This document shows positions 38,964 to 49,710 of a stretch of 64,000 bases of DNA, in pieces (the stretch's first letter is position 1; the number at the start of each line of letters is the position of its first letter). The notes under the pieces are model-generated. The model searched no databases. It saw only the letters and a list, made by a program, of their open reading frames with translations, and had not been told where the DNA came from. A program made the translations under genes and the position numbers. The stretch is taken from contig CAVOVB010000003.1 in the NCBI GenBank assembly GCA_963699755.1, forward strand, positions 1 through 64,000, read 5' to 3'. This stretch comes from an uncultured delta proteobacterium. Its GTDB lineage: Bacteria > Myxococcota_A > Polyangia > Polyangiales > Houyiibacteriaceae.

Positions 38964-40142
38964 ATGCGCTACCTAGTTGCATTCGTGTTCGTTGTCCTGG
39001 CCATAGGGACGCTGCGCGTCGTGGGTTGTGGCGAGACGACGGGCCCAGGTGCCAGTGGCGGTAACGGTGGCTCGGCTGGTGCTGGTGGTGGAGGCGTCGG
39101 CGGGGACGGCGGAACCGGTGGAGATGGTGGTGTCGGAGGCGACCCCATCGCGGACCTGGTGGACAAGATCCGGACCGAAGTCGACCCCGCGTTCGTGTAC
39201 GCGTACGAGCAGAGCAAGTTTGTGCCGCCGGCGGGTAAGACACTGCTGATCGTCGGGCAGACGTTGGAAGACATCAACAGGTACACGGCCAGCTTCCCCA
39301 ATGAGCCGGCGCCGGGCGGATGGGCCGCTTACTGGGGCATCCCCAGCACCGAGGGCTTGGCGACCACGGCGGTCAACGAGTACGGGTATAGTCAAAACCA
39401 TCAGGAGCTGGTGGAAGGCTTTCCCAATACCGTGCTGCAGAGCGGGCTATGGATGGTGGGTATGTGGGGTGTCGCCAAGGACACCGCAGACGGGGTTTAC
39501 GACGACGTCATTCGTGAATTCAGCATCTGGGCCAAGACGATCAGCTGTCCCATCTACCTCCGGATCGGCTACGAGTTCGACGGCCCGCACAACGCATTGG
39601 AACCGTCGGAGTACGTGAAAGCGTACAAGCGATTCGTCGACATCACCCGTCAACAGGGCGTCAACAACGTCGCGTTCGTGTGGCACTCCTACGCAGCCCC
39701 ACCCTACGAGCGTTACCCGCTTGAGTCCTGGTACCCGGGCGACGACTACGTCGACTGGGTGGCGGTCTCGTTGTTCGGTCACATGTACGGCCCCGACCCG
39801 GGTCCCGACGGCAACGCCGTGTTCGACTTCGCGAAAGCGCACAAGAAGCCGGTGATGGTCGCCGAATCGAGCCCGGTTTACGGGATCTCCGATGGCGACC
39901 TGCATTCCTGGAACACGTGGTTCGTCAACTACTTCTCGCTGGCCTACGAAAGGAACATCAAGGCGATCAGCTTCATCAACACGGACTGGCGCCAGTACCC
40001 GCCGGTGGCACCGCTAGACTGGCAGGATGCACGGCTGCAAAACAACGAGACCGTGGCCGAAGCGTGGTTCATGGAAACCGCCAAGGATCGCTACCTGAAG
40101 CAGTCACCGCAACTGTTCGAGCAGCTGGGCTTTTCACCCTAG
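38964..40142 (+). CDS. GH26 lipoprotein copy 2
   Basis: Close paralogue of 13166-14344, same length. Confidence 0.88.
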   Translation: MRYLVAFVFVVLAIGTLRVVGCGETTGPGASGGNGGSAGAGGGGVGGDGGTGGDGGVGGDPIADLVDKIRTEVDPAFVYAYEQSKFVPPAGKTLLIVGQTLEDINRYTASFPNEPAPGGWAAYWGIPSTEGLATTAVNEYGYSQNHQELVEGFPNTVLQSGLWMVGMWGVAKDTADGVYDDVIREFSIWAKTISCPIYLRIGYEFDGPHNALEPSEYVKAYKRFVDITRQQGVNNVAFVWHSYAAPPYERYPLESWYPGDDYVDWVAVSLFGHMYGPDPGPDGNAVFDFAKAHKKPVMVAESSPVYGISDGDLHSWNTWFVNYFSLAYERNIKAISFINTDWRQYPPVAPLDWQDARLQNNETVAEAWFMETAKDRYLKQSPQLFEQLGFSP

Positions 40143-40178
40143 TCCGCAGCGGCCTGACCCGGAAATCATCACGACCAG

Positions 40179-40305
40179 CTACGCAGCAATCACCACCTCC
40201 ATCGGCACCCCGAATTCCACTGGACAACGCTGTGCGCAACAGGCCCCCGCAACCAACGAATTTGTGCACTTAGCAGAAACGCTAGGTGCCTTTCTTTTTG
40301 CTCGG
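40179..40305. repeat. LSR attR arm copy 6 (40179-40253) + tyrosine left-arm stub
   Basis: ..CAQRCPVEFGVPMEVVIAA*; then terminator and KKKGT* stub. Confidence 0.9.
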
Positions 40306-40354
40306 TGCGATGACGTTGCCAAGGTGGATCGACATCCGTCGCCTGAGCGATGCC

Positions 40355-41428
40355 TCAGAGGAGCTCGTCCAGCTCGATCGCTTCCGAATCCGCAGGCAGC
40401 CGCGCGAGGGTGCCATCGCGTCCCACGCTGACCGAACCTGACCAGGTCTCGGCAACTCCGTCGAGAAAGATTTCCTCCATCGAAGCCAGCGGCAGTGGCG
40501 GCACGATATGACTGTAGAGCAAGTACCCGACACGCGCGTCGCGCGCGACCTCCGCGGCCTCTACTGGGGTCGTGTGGTAGTCGAGGATGTCGTCTGTGAT
40601 CTTCACGAGGCGGGGCCTGCCCGCGCGCTCGGCGCCCTGGTTTAACAGGCCCACGAGCTGCGGGCTGAGCGCCTCGTGGACGAGCAGATCCACGCCCGCG
40701 GCGAATCGCTGGAGGTTGGTGTTCTTCTTCGTGTCGCCGCTCAGCAGCACCGAGCGCCCGCGGAAGTCGAAGCGATAGCCAACCGCCGGGCGCATCGGGC
40801 TGTGATCCACCACGAAGGCGGTGATCGTAAGCCCATCGCGCTCGAGCACGATCCGGCCCTCGCCCGGCGCTGGCACCTCGAAGGGACGCGCCACGGCCCC
40901 AGCGCCGCCCGGGGGCATGGTGTCGGCTCCGTGGTGTGCGACTCGGTAGCGTTGGTCGTCGCGGTAGGAGAGATTGAAGCCCTCGACCACGTCGCCTACC
41001 CCGGTGGGGCCGTGCACCGGCGTCGGAGAGGCGCTTCCGGCGTTCGCCCAGCGCTGCATCAGCAGCTCACCCAGGCCATCGATGTGATCTGAATGGAAGT
41101 GGGTGAGCAGGACCCCCGCGATCTTCCCCTGCGGCAGCCGCATGCGCGAAAGCACGCGCGACGAGCCTGCGCCGACGTCGACGATATAGATACGCTCGCC
41201 GGCGATCACGGCGGTGCACGGCCCCGAGCGCTTTGGGTCCGGCAGCGGCGAGCCGGCACCGCAAAGCGCTACGTGGAGCCCGTCGGGAAGCTCGTCCAGC
41301 AGGCTCGAGGCCATGTTGCGCTCCACCAACCGCTCCACCAGTCGCAAGGTGATGGTCTTGCGCAGCGCGTAGCCCATCACTGCCAGCACGACTAGGAGAC
41401 CGAGCATCCCGAGTCCGAATCGTTTCAT
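40355..41428 (-). CDS. MBL-fold hydrolase (RNase Z/AtsA-like)
   Basis: CGAGSP, THFHSDHIDG, SGDT, VHEA, DYHTT. Confidence 0.9.
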   Translation of the reverse strand: MKRFGLGMLGLLVVLAVMGYALRKTITLRLVERLVERNMASSLLDELPDGLHVALCGAGSPLPDPKRSGPCTAVIAGERIYIVDVGAGSSRVLSRMRLPQGKIAGVLLTHFHSDHIDGLGELLMQRWANAGSASPTPVHGPTGVGDVVEGFNLSYRDDQRYRVAHHGADTMPPGGAGAVARPFEVPAPGEGRIVLERDGLTITAFVVDHSPMRPAVGYRFDFRGRSVLLSGDTKKNTNLQRFAAGVDLLVHEALSPQLVGLLNQGAERAGRPRLVKITDDILDYHTTPVEAAEVARDARVGYLLYSHIVPPLPLASMEEIFLDGVAETWSGSVSVGRDGTLARLPADSEAIELDELL

Positions 41429-41632
41429 TCGCTCTCCCTTCTTCGAGCGCAACCGCAACGCAACCCGACGTCGCCTTCAGTCCTTGGATGCTATGCGTGC
41501 ATCGATGTCGTGGCCTACTTCGCACCGCCCGAGGCGCTGCCACGAGGGGGGTAGGGAGTCCCCGTCCAGGGAAGCCATCTTACCGCATCAAATTTGGCCC
41601 GACGCAACCATGGTCAGAGGGTGTCGGATCGT

Positions 41633-43033
41633 TTAGCTCTCGGTAGGCTCGCCAGAGCGGCGAGCGAGCACCTCGACGCGCAGGCCTTTGGGTTGTGTGA
41701 AGGGCCGCGCCACCGCACGGACCTTTCGCCCGACAGGCACGACCTGCAGGTCAAACATATTCACCCAGTAGGAAACCATCTCGACGGCCACCAGCTCCCC
41801 AAGTATGGCACCGGTGCAGCGGTGGCTGCCGCTGCCGAATGGGAGCACCCGTCGCCTCAGAGGACCCGACTGCGGTGCAAAATAGCGCGTTGGATCGAAC
41901 TCGTTCGGACGCTCAAAGACTGCCTCGTTGAGATGGTCGCCCGCGATCACGACCAGGACCTCGTCACCCTTGCGAATCGAGTAGCCAGCGAATTCGAAGT
42001 CCCGATCAGCGACACGAAGGACCGCCGTACCAGGTGGGTTCAGCCGCACGGCCTCGAGGAATGCTGCGCGGAGATACTTCTGCTTGGCCGGCGCGACCGG
42101 GCCGGAGGACTCGCGAGATAGCCTTTCGAACTCCCGCCTGATCTGAGCCAGGTGCTCCGGGTGGGTGAGGAGCTGGTAGAGGAGAAAGGAAGAGGCCGAC
42201 GCGACGGTATCGAATCCGGCGAGGTAGGCGCTGTAAGGCACTGCGATGAGATCGCGATCCTCCCAGCGCTCCCGCCCGATGGGAGGTTCGAGATCGAGGT
42301 AGCGCCCCACCAGCGTGGTCGCGGCGCGCTCGGGGCTGGAGCGAATCCGGGCGACCAGGTCCAAGAAATGCGAACGCATGCGCTTCTGGACCGACCTGTA
42401 AACGGGATTGCGCAAGACCCATGCGGGCGCGTGCCCGAACGTGGCCCAGATCAGGGTGTGCACCACCAGCGCCAGTTCCTTCTTGCTAAATGGAAAGGGC
42501 TCGCCATTCAGGAGAACCGACAGGACGTCGACCGTTTGAACCTGGGCTTCATGAAGCACGTCCACTTGATCTCCGGCGCGCCATCCAGCGGTGTGCTCAG
42601 CGAGGCGGCTTTGGATGTCGACCCGGCGCTTCGCCTCCAAGCTCGCGGTCATGAACTCGAGATGCGCTTTGCGAAACATCCGGTGCTGCGGGCCGTCGAA
42701 GGTGCTGGGGAGACAACTGCCGAGCTCCGCGTCGAGCACGTGCATGGACTTGCTCGTCCGCAAGCAGCTTCCGGCTTCGAGCAGGTCGATGGCCTCGGGT
42801 CCAAACAGGCAGGTCATCTCGTTGTTCAGCATGCGGAGACGAAAGGCATCCCCGTAGATGGAGCGACTCTCCATGAGGAATGGGAGAACGTCTCCGAGGA
42901 ACTGCCGGAGCGGGCCGATGAACGGGAACGACTTCACGATCGGCGGGCGGCGTTTCTCGGTTGGGTGGGGTGTGCCGGGCAGAGCCGACTCACTTGCGGT
43001 CGTCGCGGTCATGGAAAGGCTCCCGTCGGGCAC
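41633..43033 (-). CDS. Cytochrome P450
   Basis: AGFDT, EAVR, FDPTRY, FGSGSHRCTG heme motif. Confidence 0.95.
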   Translation of the reverse strand: MPDGSLSMTATTASESALPGTPHPTEKRRPPIVKSFPFIGPLRQFLGDVLPFLMESRSIYGDAFRLRMLNNEMTCLFGPEAIDLLEAGSCLRTSKSMHVLDAELGSCLPSTFDGPQHRMFRKAHLEFMTASLEAKRRVDIQSRLAEHTAGWRAGDQVDVLHEAQVQTVDVLSVLLNGEPFPFSKKELALVVHTLIWATFGHAPAWVLRNPVYRSVQKRMRSHFLDLVARIRSSPERAATTLVGRYLDLEPPIGRERWEDRDLIAVPYSAYLAGFDTVASASSFLLYQLLTHPEHLAQIRREFERLSRESSGPVAPAKQKYLRAAFLEAVRLNPPGTAVLRVADRDFEFAGYSIRKGDEVLVVIAGDHLNEAVFERPNEFDPTRYFAPQSGPLRRRVLPFGSGSHRCTGAILGELVAVEMVSYWVNMFDLQVVPVGRKVRAVARPFTQPKGLRVEVLARRSGEPTES

Positions 43034-43038
43034 TCATT

Positions 43039-43074
43039 GTAACAGTCGTTAGGATAGAACCTAACGCTTGTTAC
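43039..43074. promoter_or_regulatory. Probable TetR operator
   Basis: GTAACAGTCGTTAGG-N6-CCTAACGCTTGTTAC between divergent P450 and tetR. Confidence 0.75.
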
Positions 43075-43127
43075 GTTAATATTCAAAGCAATTCTCTCGT
43101 CGGCGTTCAGCCGCTGGAGTAGGTCTC

Positions 43128-43748
43128 GTGAGGACGATGACAGACGCCGCCACTCGACAACGCCTGCTGAGCGAGGCCGCTTACCAGTTCGCTCGCTTTG
43201 GCTACGATGCCGCGTCGTTGCGCAAGATCGCCGAGCGGGTCGGGATCCGCGCGGCGACGGTTTACAGCCACTTCCCGGAGGGCAAGGCCCAGCTCTACGA
43301 GGAGATCCTGGCGACGGTATCGTCGACGCTCACCAAGCGGATCGCCCATCGCTACGGGCAGAACACAGGACTGTCGGCGGAGGACGTGATCGTTCAGATG
43401 TGCGCCGCGTTCTGGGACTTCTGCGAGGAGCACCCCGACTACGCAACCCTGTTGCTGCGCGAGACCTTCGACGCCGACAACTCTACGCTGGTGGGCGAGG
43501 GGGGACCGGCGCGCGAGGTCGTTGCGGCCTGCATCGGTTATGTCGAGGCGGCGCAGGCTCGAAGCGAGCTGCCCGCCTTCGACGTGGAGGCGTTTTCTCT
43601 CTGGGTGGCGAGCTACATGCTCAGCTACCACGGCGCGCCGGGGCTGAGGAGCAACCTGCAGCGACGGCCTTGGAGCCCGAAGCGCGCGCGAGAACAGTTC
43701 GTGGCCATGGTGAAGAACTTGCTGCAAAGTGCGATGGGCGGCGGCTGA
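43128..43748 (+). CDS. TetR/AcrR regulator
   Basis: FARFGYDAASLRKIAERVGIRAATVYSHF. Confidence 0.93.
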   Translation: MRTMTDAATRQRLLSEAAYQFARFGYDAASLRKIAERVGIRAATVYSHFPEGKAQLYEEILATVSSTLTKRIAHRYGQNTGLSAEDVIVQMCAAFWDFCEEHPDYATLLLRETFDADNSTLVGEGGPAREVVAACIGYVEAAQARSELPAFDVEAFSLWVASYMLSYHGAPGLRSNLQRRPWSPKRAREQFVAMVKNLLQSAMGGG

Positions 43749-44131
43749 GGCGAATGCTCGGGGAACGACGCTGACCGGGATGACGAATGAGCCGCGGGGC
43801 TGTTTTGAAGCTCGGCTCCTCGGCGACACGCCCTAAGGAGGAGAGTTGGATGACGAAGGCAGAGCAGGTTCGGCTTGCGCGACACCGCGGGTTCGGAAGC
43901 TCTGAACTCATTTGCAATCGAGATCTTTCCGGTTGCGCGGCGATAGAGCGTGACTTCGACCCCCTCGATGTGTCGCGCTCCGCGAACGGCGACTGACCGA
44001 GCATCCCCGCATCGAGCGACGCTGCCTGCTCGTCAAGCGCCTCCGGGAAATCACCAGGACCGCCAATGCAACGGTCGTGAGAAATCTCGCCATGGAATGC
44101 TCACGGCGCAAAGGGCGTCAGGCGAGCACTG

Positions 44132-45178
44132 TCACTGACCCCCTTGGGAGGCGCGATCATACATCTCCTTGATGGAGGGATCTCTGCCTCCGCGGTCGTA
44201 GATGCCATCCAACGTGATCTGCGCGATGCGGGGGCCGTCTTCTGTCATGGTCACCCAGAGGATGTGGTCCACGTTGCCCGGACCATCCTTGTGAAACGAG
44301 GCGCCCGTGGGACCCATGGTGATGTAGTCGCGGCCAAAACGCTCCTCGATCTCGTAGTAATGAAGATGGCCCGCGATAAACGTGTAGTTCCGGTCTTGAA
44401 GCAGTTGCTCGATGGCCAGAAAGTTCTCGGATGGGTTTTTCCACGCGGGCTCGTGCAAGAAGACCAATGTCCAGCGGACTTCAGGATGCTTGGCCAGCGT
44501 TTCCTCGACGTACGACACCTGCTCGTCGCTGAAGTTGGCGGGCTTTCCGAGAAAGCTAGCCACGCTGGCCATGAACTCGTTCAGCATCGCCTTAGCTTTC
44601 TCGGGGTCCTCCTTCTGAAGCTTGTTGTACAGCTCGATGTCTTCCTCCATGGTCTCCGGCGCTGGCCGTGGAGGGTCCTCGCTGTTGAGCACGAGGAAGA
44701 GCGCGTCGCCGTAGACGAAATGATAGTAGGTCGCGCCGTGTCGCTCGAGCCAGACCTGCTCCATCGTCTCGTTGCCAAGATCATGATTCCCGACCGTACG
44801 GAAGAACGGCATCTCCAACTTTGACAACATGCCGTCTACTTGCTCCCATTCTGCCGTCAGCTTTTCCTTGTCTTTGCTGTAGCCTTCAATGAGATCGCCG
44901 ACGTTGATCACGAACTCCGGTTGCACAAGGTTCAATTGCTCCATCGCTCGATCGAAGATGCCCCGGTGATCGGCACCCCCTGTGCGGTCACCAATGACCG
45001 CAAACTGAAAGTCACCTGGATTGTTCTTGAAGCTCTCTGAAGTCCATGGCTTGGCCTCAGTCAGAGCTGCCCGATCGAAATCGAACCTAGAGGCCGTTCG
45101 TGCTCCCTGTTGGTGGCAACCCAGCAGAATGAGCACCCCGGCGAGGAACACAAGAATACGCGGAGCAGGTGAACTCAT
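44132..45178 (-). CDS. Calcineurin-like metallophosphoesterase, lipoprotein
   Basis: GDRT, VGDLIEG, GNHD, GHLH. Confidence 0.9.
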   Translation of the reverse strand: MSSPAPRILVFLAGVLILLGCHQQGARTASRFDFDRAALTEAKPWTSESFKNNPGDFQFAVIGDRTGGADHRGIFDRAMEQLNLVQPEFVINVGDLIEGYSKDKEKLTAEWEQVDGMLSKLEMPFFRTVGNHDLGNETMEQVWLERHGATYYHFVYGDALFLVLNSEDPPRPAPETMEEDIELYNKLQKEDPEKAKAMLNEFMASVASFLGKPANFSDEQVSYVEETLAKHPEVRWTLVFLHEPAWKNPSENFLAIEQLLQDRNYTFIAGHLHYYEIEERFGRDYITMGPTGASFHKDGPGNVDHILWVTMTEDGPRIAQITLDGIYDRGGRDPSIKEMYDRASQGGQ

Positions 45179-45263
45179 GGTGGTGGACCTCAGTGGGCGG
45201 AGCATTACATACGCTGGAACGTGCGCATCCAGTCGTAGATTCGATCGACGTCGAGCTCGACTC

Positions 45264-45446
45264 GTTGACCTCAGGGTGCCAGGGCGATCTGAAGTCACGT
45301 GATATCGCCTGACGAACCGTGAACACGGCGATACGGGCAAATCCCCATCATGCCGAAGACTTGTGTGGTTCCCGTGTGGCGTGATGGCGTGCGAACCTGG
45401 GCCTTCGTGAGCTCATAACCCGAAGGTCGTCGGTTCAAATCCGGCC
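45264..45446 (+). repeat. Tyrosine-type attR: arm B + truncated tRNA half (45411-45446)
   Basis: GCTCATAACCCGAAGGTCGTCGGTTCAAATCCGGCC. Confidence 0.85.
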
Positions 45447-45524
45447 TTGAGCATGTGCGGCCGGATCTGGGCACACTTCATGCGATTGCATGCATTGAAC
45501 TTGGTGGGTTAGAGCCCGACGCGA

Positions 45525-46364
45525 TCACTGGTCTGGACAGCCCCACCGTTCCACCATCTGACAGTCGATTTCCTTCGTGATCCGGCAGCCACTCCTGGTG
45601 ACGGAGGGAGCTTCTCGCGCATCCAGGATCACGACGGTCCCGCACCGACCGTCGGCGCGGGGCTCGATGAGGGTCGCAAACGTCAAGAATCCTGGGTCAT
45701 GCGCGTCGCCGAATTCGCGGTACTCGGTGGGCGTGCAGGCCTTTCTAGCTTTCTCGATGCAAGCCCGGTGCGCCGGGAGGACCTCGGCGTTGTCGAGCCT
45801 GTAGTCGTAGCCGTCCGGGCAGACTTGGTAGTTGAGACCTGTCTGCCGCTTGTGGGCTTCCACGACATCATCGAGCGTGGGGAGCGGACCATCGTGCCAA
45901 ACCACCGGAATCGGCTTGGGTCGGTCGAGACAGCCACGCATTTTTCGAAACGCCCGCGTGGCTTGTTGGGCCCGGGCTTGTCGACTGACAGATTCGTTGG
46001 AGTTCTTGGCAAGAACCGAGAGCATCGCGTCGGTCACCGAGGGATTGCAGGTCATATTGCTCTGAATCCCAGAGTCCGAGTCGTGCAGCAGTCGCTCGAG
46101 GACATCCACAGGCGTATTGGGATTCCCCGCAAGCGACGTTCGCGCCGATTCGTCTTCGTACATCTGCCGGAGCACCTCGGGCTCGGTCTTTGGGTTTCGC
46201 GCAACCACATTCCTGATCTGCCAATGTTCGTTGGCGCTGAGCTTCTGGAGCAGCTCGGTGGATGAGCTTCGGTTGCCCGTAATCGCGACGGCGGTACGAA
46301 CGCCGATATGAAATAGGACTACCCGACGCCAAGGCCCGTGGGCTTTCGGGTAGTCCGATTTCAT
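45525..46364 (-). CDS. HEAT/LRV-repeat protein, probably 5'-truncated
   Basis: Repeated VA.NP.T motifs. Confidence 0.6.
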   Translation of the reverse strand: MKSDYPKAHGPWRRVVLFHIGVRTAVAITGNRSSSTELLQKLSANEHWQIRNVVARNPKTEPEVLRQMYEDESARTSLAGNPNTPVDVLERLLHDSDSGIQSNMTCNPSVTDAMLSVLAKNSNESVSRQARAQQATRAFRKMRGCLDRPKPIPVVWHDGPLPTLDDVVEAHKRQTGLNYQVCPDGYDYRLDNAEVLPAHRACIEKARKACTPTEYREFGDAHDPGFLTFATLIEPRADGRCGTVVILDAREAPSVTRSGCRITKEIDCQMVERWGCPDQ

Positions 46365-46658
46365 ATTTGCGTTCGCGAACCAAGGCTTTCAGTCGCGCGT
46401 GTTGCGGAGCGGGTGAAGGAAGGGGGACACGATGTGCCGACTGACAAAATTCGGAAACGCCATCGCAGAAGCGCTCCTCTGATCCGACAGGCCGCGCCCC
46501 TCGCCGATGTTGCCCATGTCTACGACAACTCTTCGCTGAACCAATCGCCTCGCCGCGTGCTGTCTTTCGACAACGGAAACGTGGAGTTCATCGCTGAGGC
46601 AATCCCCGACTGGGTTCTGCGAGTTTACCGAGGGCATCGCAAATCTAAGGGCCCATGA
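46338..46658 (+). pseudogene. Zeta-toxin-like ATPase C-terminal stump
   Basis: SVARVAERVKEGGHDVP.DKI..R..VYDNS; P-loop missing. Confidence 0.75.
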
Positions 46659-46764
46659 CGCACCCATGCCCGCGAACCTGCTGCAACAGGCCGGTGTCAC
46701 ACCGCTTCACATCGCGTTCCCGGCCGAGCTCGCATCCCGCTGGCTGCCAGCTGTGCTTAAGCGG

Positions 46765-46836
46765 CTACGCAGCAATCACCAACTCCATCGGCACCCCAAA
46801 CTCCATCGGACGACGCTGTGCGCAACGGGCCCCCGC
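46765..46836 (-). repeat. LSR attR arm copy 7 (..MELVIAA*), core truncated
   Basis: Repeat homology; stop TAG. Confidence 0.88.
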
Positions 46837-46841
46837 CTTCT

Positions 46842-47360
46842 TCATCTTGGCCGGGACTCCCTCAACTCCGCGGCTCGCGGGCTCGGCTGAGCGAGAAGCT
46901 CATCACGAATGGCGTCGAGGCCCTGCTGCAACCAGCCCTTGAAGAGCCAAGCGATTGGCATGGCCGGTAGATACGCGAAGGGGCAAGTCAGGCCGAAGGT
47001 GTAGGTCCAGACGATGCGTGTGCCGCCTTCGGTTTCGGTGAAGTCCCAGTTGCCGGTGCCGCTCCGGACCAGCAACGAGAACGGCGGCTTCACCCCGCCT
47101 GTCCAGCCATAGCGGTGCCTGACTGGCGGATCGTATTCGAGGATCGTCTCATCGAGAACGCTGTCGTCGGTCATGAAGATCCGGCGCTTCGAGCCCTTGG
47201 CGAGACTTTGCCCTTCGTGCATCTCGATCTTCCTTATCCCGGCGAACGGGCCGCGAGCGCGGATGGTGCGTGGAGCGTTGGCGCTGTCGGTGGCAAACGC
47301 GAACACCTCCTCGCGCGGGCGCGGGATCAAGACTGAAGCCGAGGTCGAGATGCTTGCCAT
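46842..47360 (-). CDS. SRPBCC family protein
   Basis: RPREEVFAF..ETILEYDPP..GGTRIVWTY. Confidence 0.85.
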   Translation of the reverse strand: MASISTSASVLIPRPREEVFAFATDSANAPRTIRARGPFAGIRKIEMHEGQSLAKGSKRRIFMTDDSVLDETILEYDPPVRHRYGWTGGVKPPFSLLVRSGTGNWDFTETEGGTRIVWTYTFGLTCPFAYLPAMPIAWLFKGWLQQGLDAIRDELLAQPSPRAAELRESRPR

Positions 47361-47907
47361 CGAGTGGTACGCTACCACGACACCGCGAGCCGTGGCGACC
47401 CGTCGCTTGGGTTCAGAACGCGCCCACACCAGCTCGCTGGTTTTCATACCAAGCCACAGCGAGCGCTACGGAGGCCTCCTCGAGGAACTCGAGCATCTCA
47501 GCGGTCGAGGAGCTCTTGTAGACGGCGCTGGACCTCGTTTCAGCTCACAGTCGCGGCCTCAGAAAGCTCCACGCCAATCAACGCTCGGTCTTTGGGGTCC
47601 AAGTTGAGCCTTCTTCAAGAATCTTGTCCGCAGGCCAAGCCATGGCTTCAGTCTACGCTCGGTCTTCGAAGATCGTATCCTCTATGGACCTCCGGCGGCG
47701 GCCGCGCAGATGTCGTTCGCCCACGTGTGCATGGTCACGCTGAACGGACCCGTGTACGAGCACGATGTTCATGGTGTCATTCCCGTGTGATGATTGCTTG
47801 TCCGCTGCGGTCGCACCGCCGGGCAAGTCCCGGTCGTGTTTGACGTTTCAGAATGATGACGAGTACTAGGGAAAGCCCCTCGCACACATTCGGCATTGCG
47901 ATCGGCG

Positions 47908-49494
47908 CTACAGAGCGATGTCGATCTCCCAAGTCGCCGCGGTCGTTTGGCCTGTCCAGATCTCTCCCGGGCCGATGGTGCGCTCGACTCGAAGCTCGCC
48001 GATCCCGGTCGTCTCAAAGGCAGACGGGTCCACCGCCTCCGGAAGGAAAAGCAAGAGCGCTTGGCCCGTGCTTGCGTCCTTGCCCGAGGCCGTGAATCGG
48101 CGGTTCTCGTAGTCCCATTTCACGCTTTCGATTCGGCCCGGCGCCGCCCGCAATAGGGGCCGGCGCATGACGGCGGCGAAGTCGTGGTCGAACCCGATGA
48201 TCTCGTTGCTCGGGCACTCGACCTCGTAGAAGCCCCAAAGATTGGGGTCGTCGCCCTCGTAGGCGTGATGCGGGTCGCCGCAGGCATCGCTCCACTGCCA
48301 GAGCGCGGCGCCGAAACGATACTGATCCTGAAAAGCCTCATGCTGCTGGAAATAGTCGTCTTCGGGGTCCTTGGTGCGGGCGGGGTCGGCTCCCCACTCA
48401 CCGGTCACGACCGGAACGCCACCGTACATCCTGGCCTGCTCGAGCGCGACCTCGAAGCCGCTTTCGTCTAGCGTCTCGGTGAACGTGCCCTGGTAGATGT
48501 GTGGCGCATACACCACTTGTCCGTCGTGCTCGAAGTCCGGGCGTAATGCGAGCCCCGGCACGACCACCCAGTCCGGCGACGGCTCGATGAAGAATAGGCG
48601 CTTTGGCGCACCGGCCCGCTCTTCGCCCTCGCGCACTGCGGCCAAGCCTCGCTGGTAGAATTGCGAAAGCTCCTCGGACATCTCCTCGAGCCCCTCGTCG
48701 CGAGCAAAGATCGCGAGTGCCACGGCACTCCAGGCGTTGGGCTCGTTCATGATGTCGTAGCCTGCAACGGAGTCGTGACGAGAGAACCGCGCGACTAGGT
48801 GGGTGAGCATCGCATGGTAGCGAGTCTGGATACCGACGCCGCCTGGACCCTCGGAGTCATCCCAAAATGCTTGAAACGCGGCGAGCACTGCCGGCGAGAA
48901 GAAGCGCGTGGTCGTGGTGACCCCGTCCTCGATGCAGCGTGGCCGGTCGCCGTCGAACGTGGCCCAGCCTGGCGCGCCATCCCAGCCGACCGCGGGTAAG
49001 GTTCCCTCGGGACATTCTTCGTCGGGCCGCGCTTCTAAGGTCGGCCCCCACGCATCTTCGTGGAGGTCGATGACTGTGTAAATCCCGCGGGTTTCGAGCA
49101 TGCGGACGACCGCTTCGACCTCATCGAGATAGCTTTCGTCGTACAGTCCCGGTTCCGGCTCGACGAGCGACCAGCTGACGATGAGGCGCACGAGGTTCCA
49201 GCCGATGCTTTGGATTGCGTCGGCGTCGTCCTCATCGAAGGGATGCACCGTCGGAATCTCGGGATCGAACGCGTAGTACTCGCCGAGCGCATTGACGTTG
49301 ACCCCTCGCAAGAGCACCTCGCGACCGAGTGCATCTCTGATACGGCCGCCTTCTTCGAGGTCGGACTCGGCGTGGAGTGCGCTCAGCGATCCGGTGATGA
49401 CCGCGGAGCCATCGGAGCCACAACTCGACATGCCTGCGACGGCGATGGTGAGCAATGCGCGAGCCAAGGATTCGAAGTTGCGGGAAGCACGCAT
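47908..49494 (-). CDS. GH5 endoglycoceramidase-like lipoprotein
   Basis: GREVLLRGVNV, VIDLH.D, YDIMNEP, VTGEWG. Confidence 0.9.
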   Translation of the reverse strand: MRASRNFESLARALLTIAVAGMSSCGSDGSAVITGSLSALHAESDLEEGGRIRDALGREVLLRGVNVNALGEYYAFDPEIPTVHPFDEDDADAIQSIGWNLVRLIVSWSLVEPEPGLYDESYLDEVEAVVRMLETRGIYTVIDLHEDAWGPTLEARPDEECPEGTLPAVGWDGAPGWATFDGDRPRCIEDGVTTTTRFFSPAVLAAFQAFWDDSEGPGGVGIQTRYHAMLTHLVARFSRHDSVAGYDIMNEPNAWSAVALAIFARDEGLEEMSEELSQFYQRGLAAVREGEERAGAPKRLFFIEPSPDWVVVPGLALRPDFEHDGQVVYAPHIYQGTFTETLDESGFEVALEQARMYGGVPVVTGEWGADPARTKDPEDDYFQQHEAFQDQYRFGAALWQWSDACGDPHHAYEGDDPNLWGFYEVECPSNEIIGFDHDFAAVMRRPLLRAAPGRIESVKWDYENRRFTASGKDASTGQALLLFLPEAVDPSAFETTGIGELRVERTIGPGEIWTGQTTAATWEIDIAL

Positions 49495-49710
49495 CGGGTA
49501 GCGCCTTTCATCAAAGGGCTGGTGGTAGCTAACAACGGACTCTCTTAGCGTATGGGGTGTCCTGCGCAATGGGGCCGATCGGGCGCCACGAGGCGCAATT
49601 CTTTGGCCGCGTTTGGCGCGCCAAACAGTCGTCCCATTCCTGCTCACCCAAGAGCTGGGCGAGTGGACAATCCCGCTCCGGGCGTGTGCGTTGACAAGCC
49701 TCATGCACAT

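Noticed and set aside
13166..40142. DGR template/variable pair in the GH26 duplicates
   Set aside because: No reverse transcriptase; differences are not adenine-specific.
4648..46836. 75-bp repeats as a CRISPR array
   Set aside because: Copies are kilobases apart, there are no cas genes, and they are explained as attR plus LSR tail.
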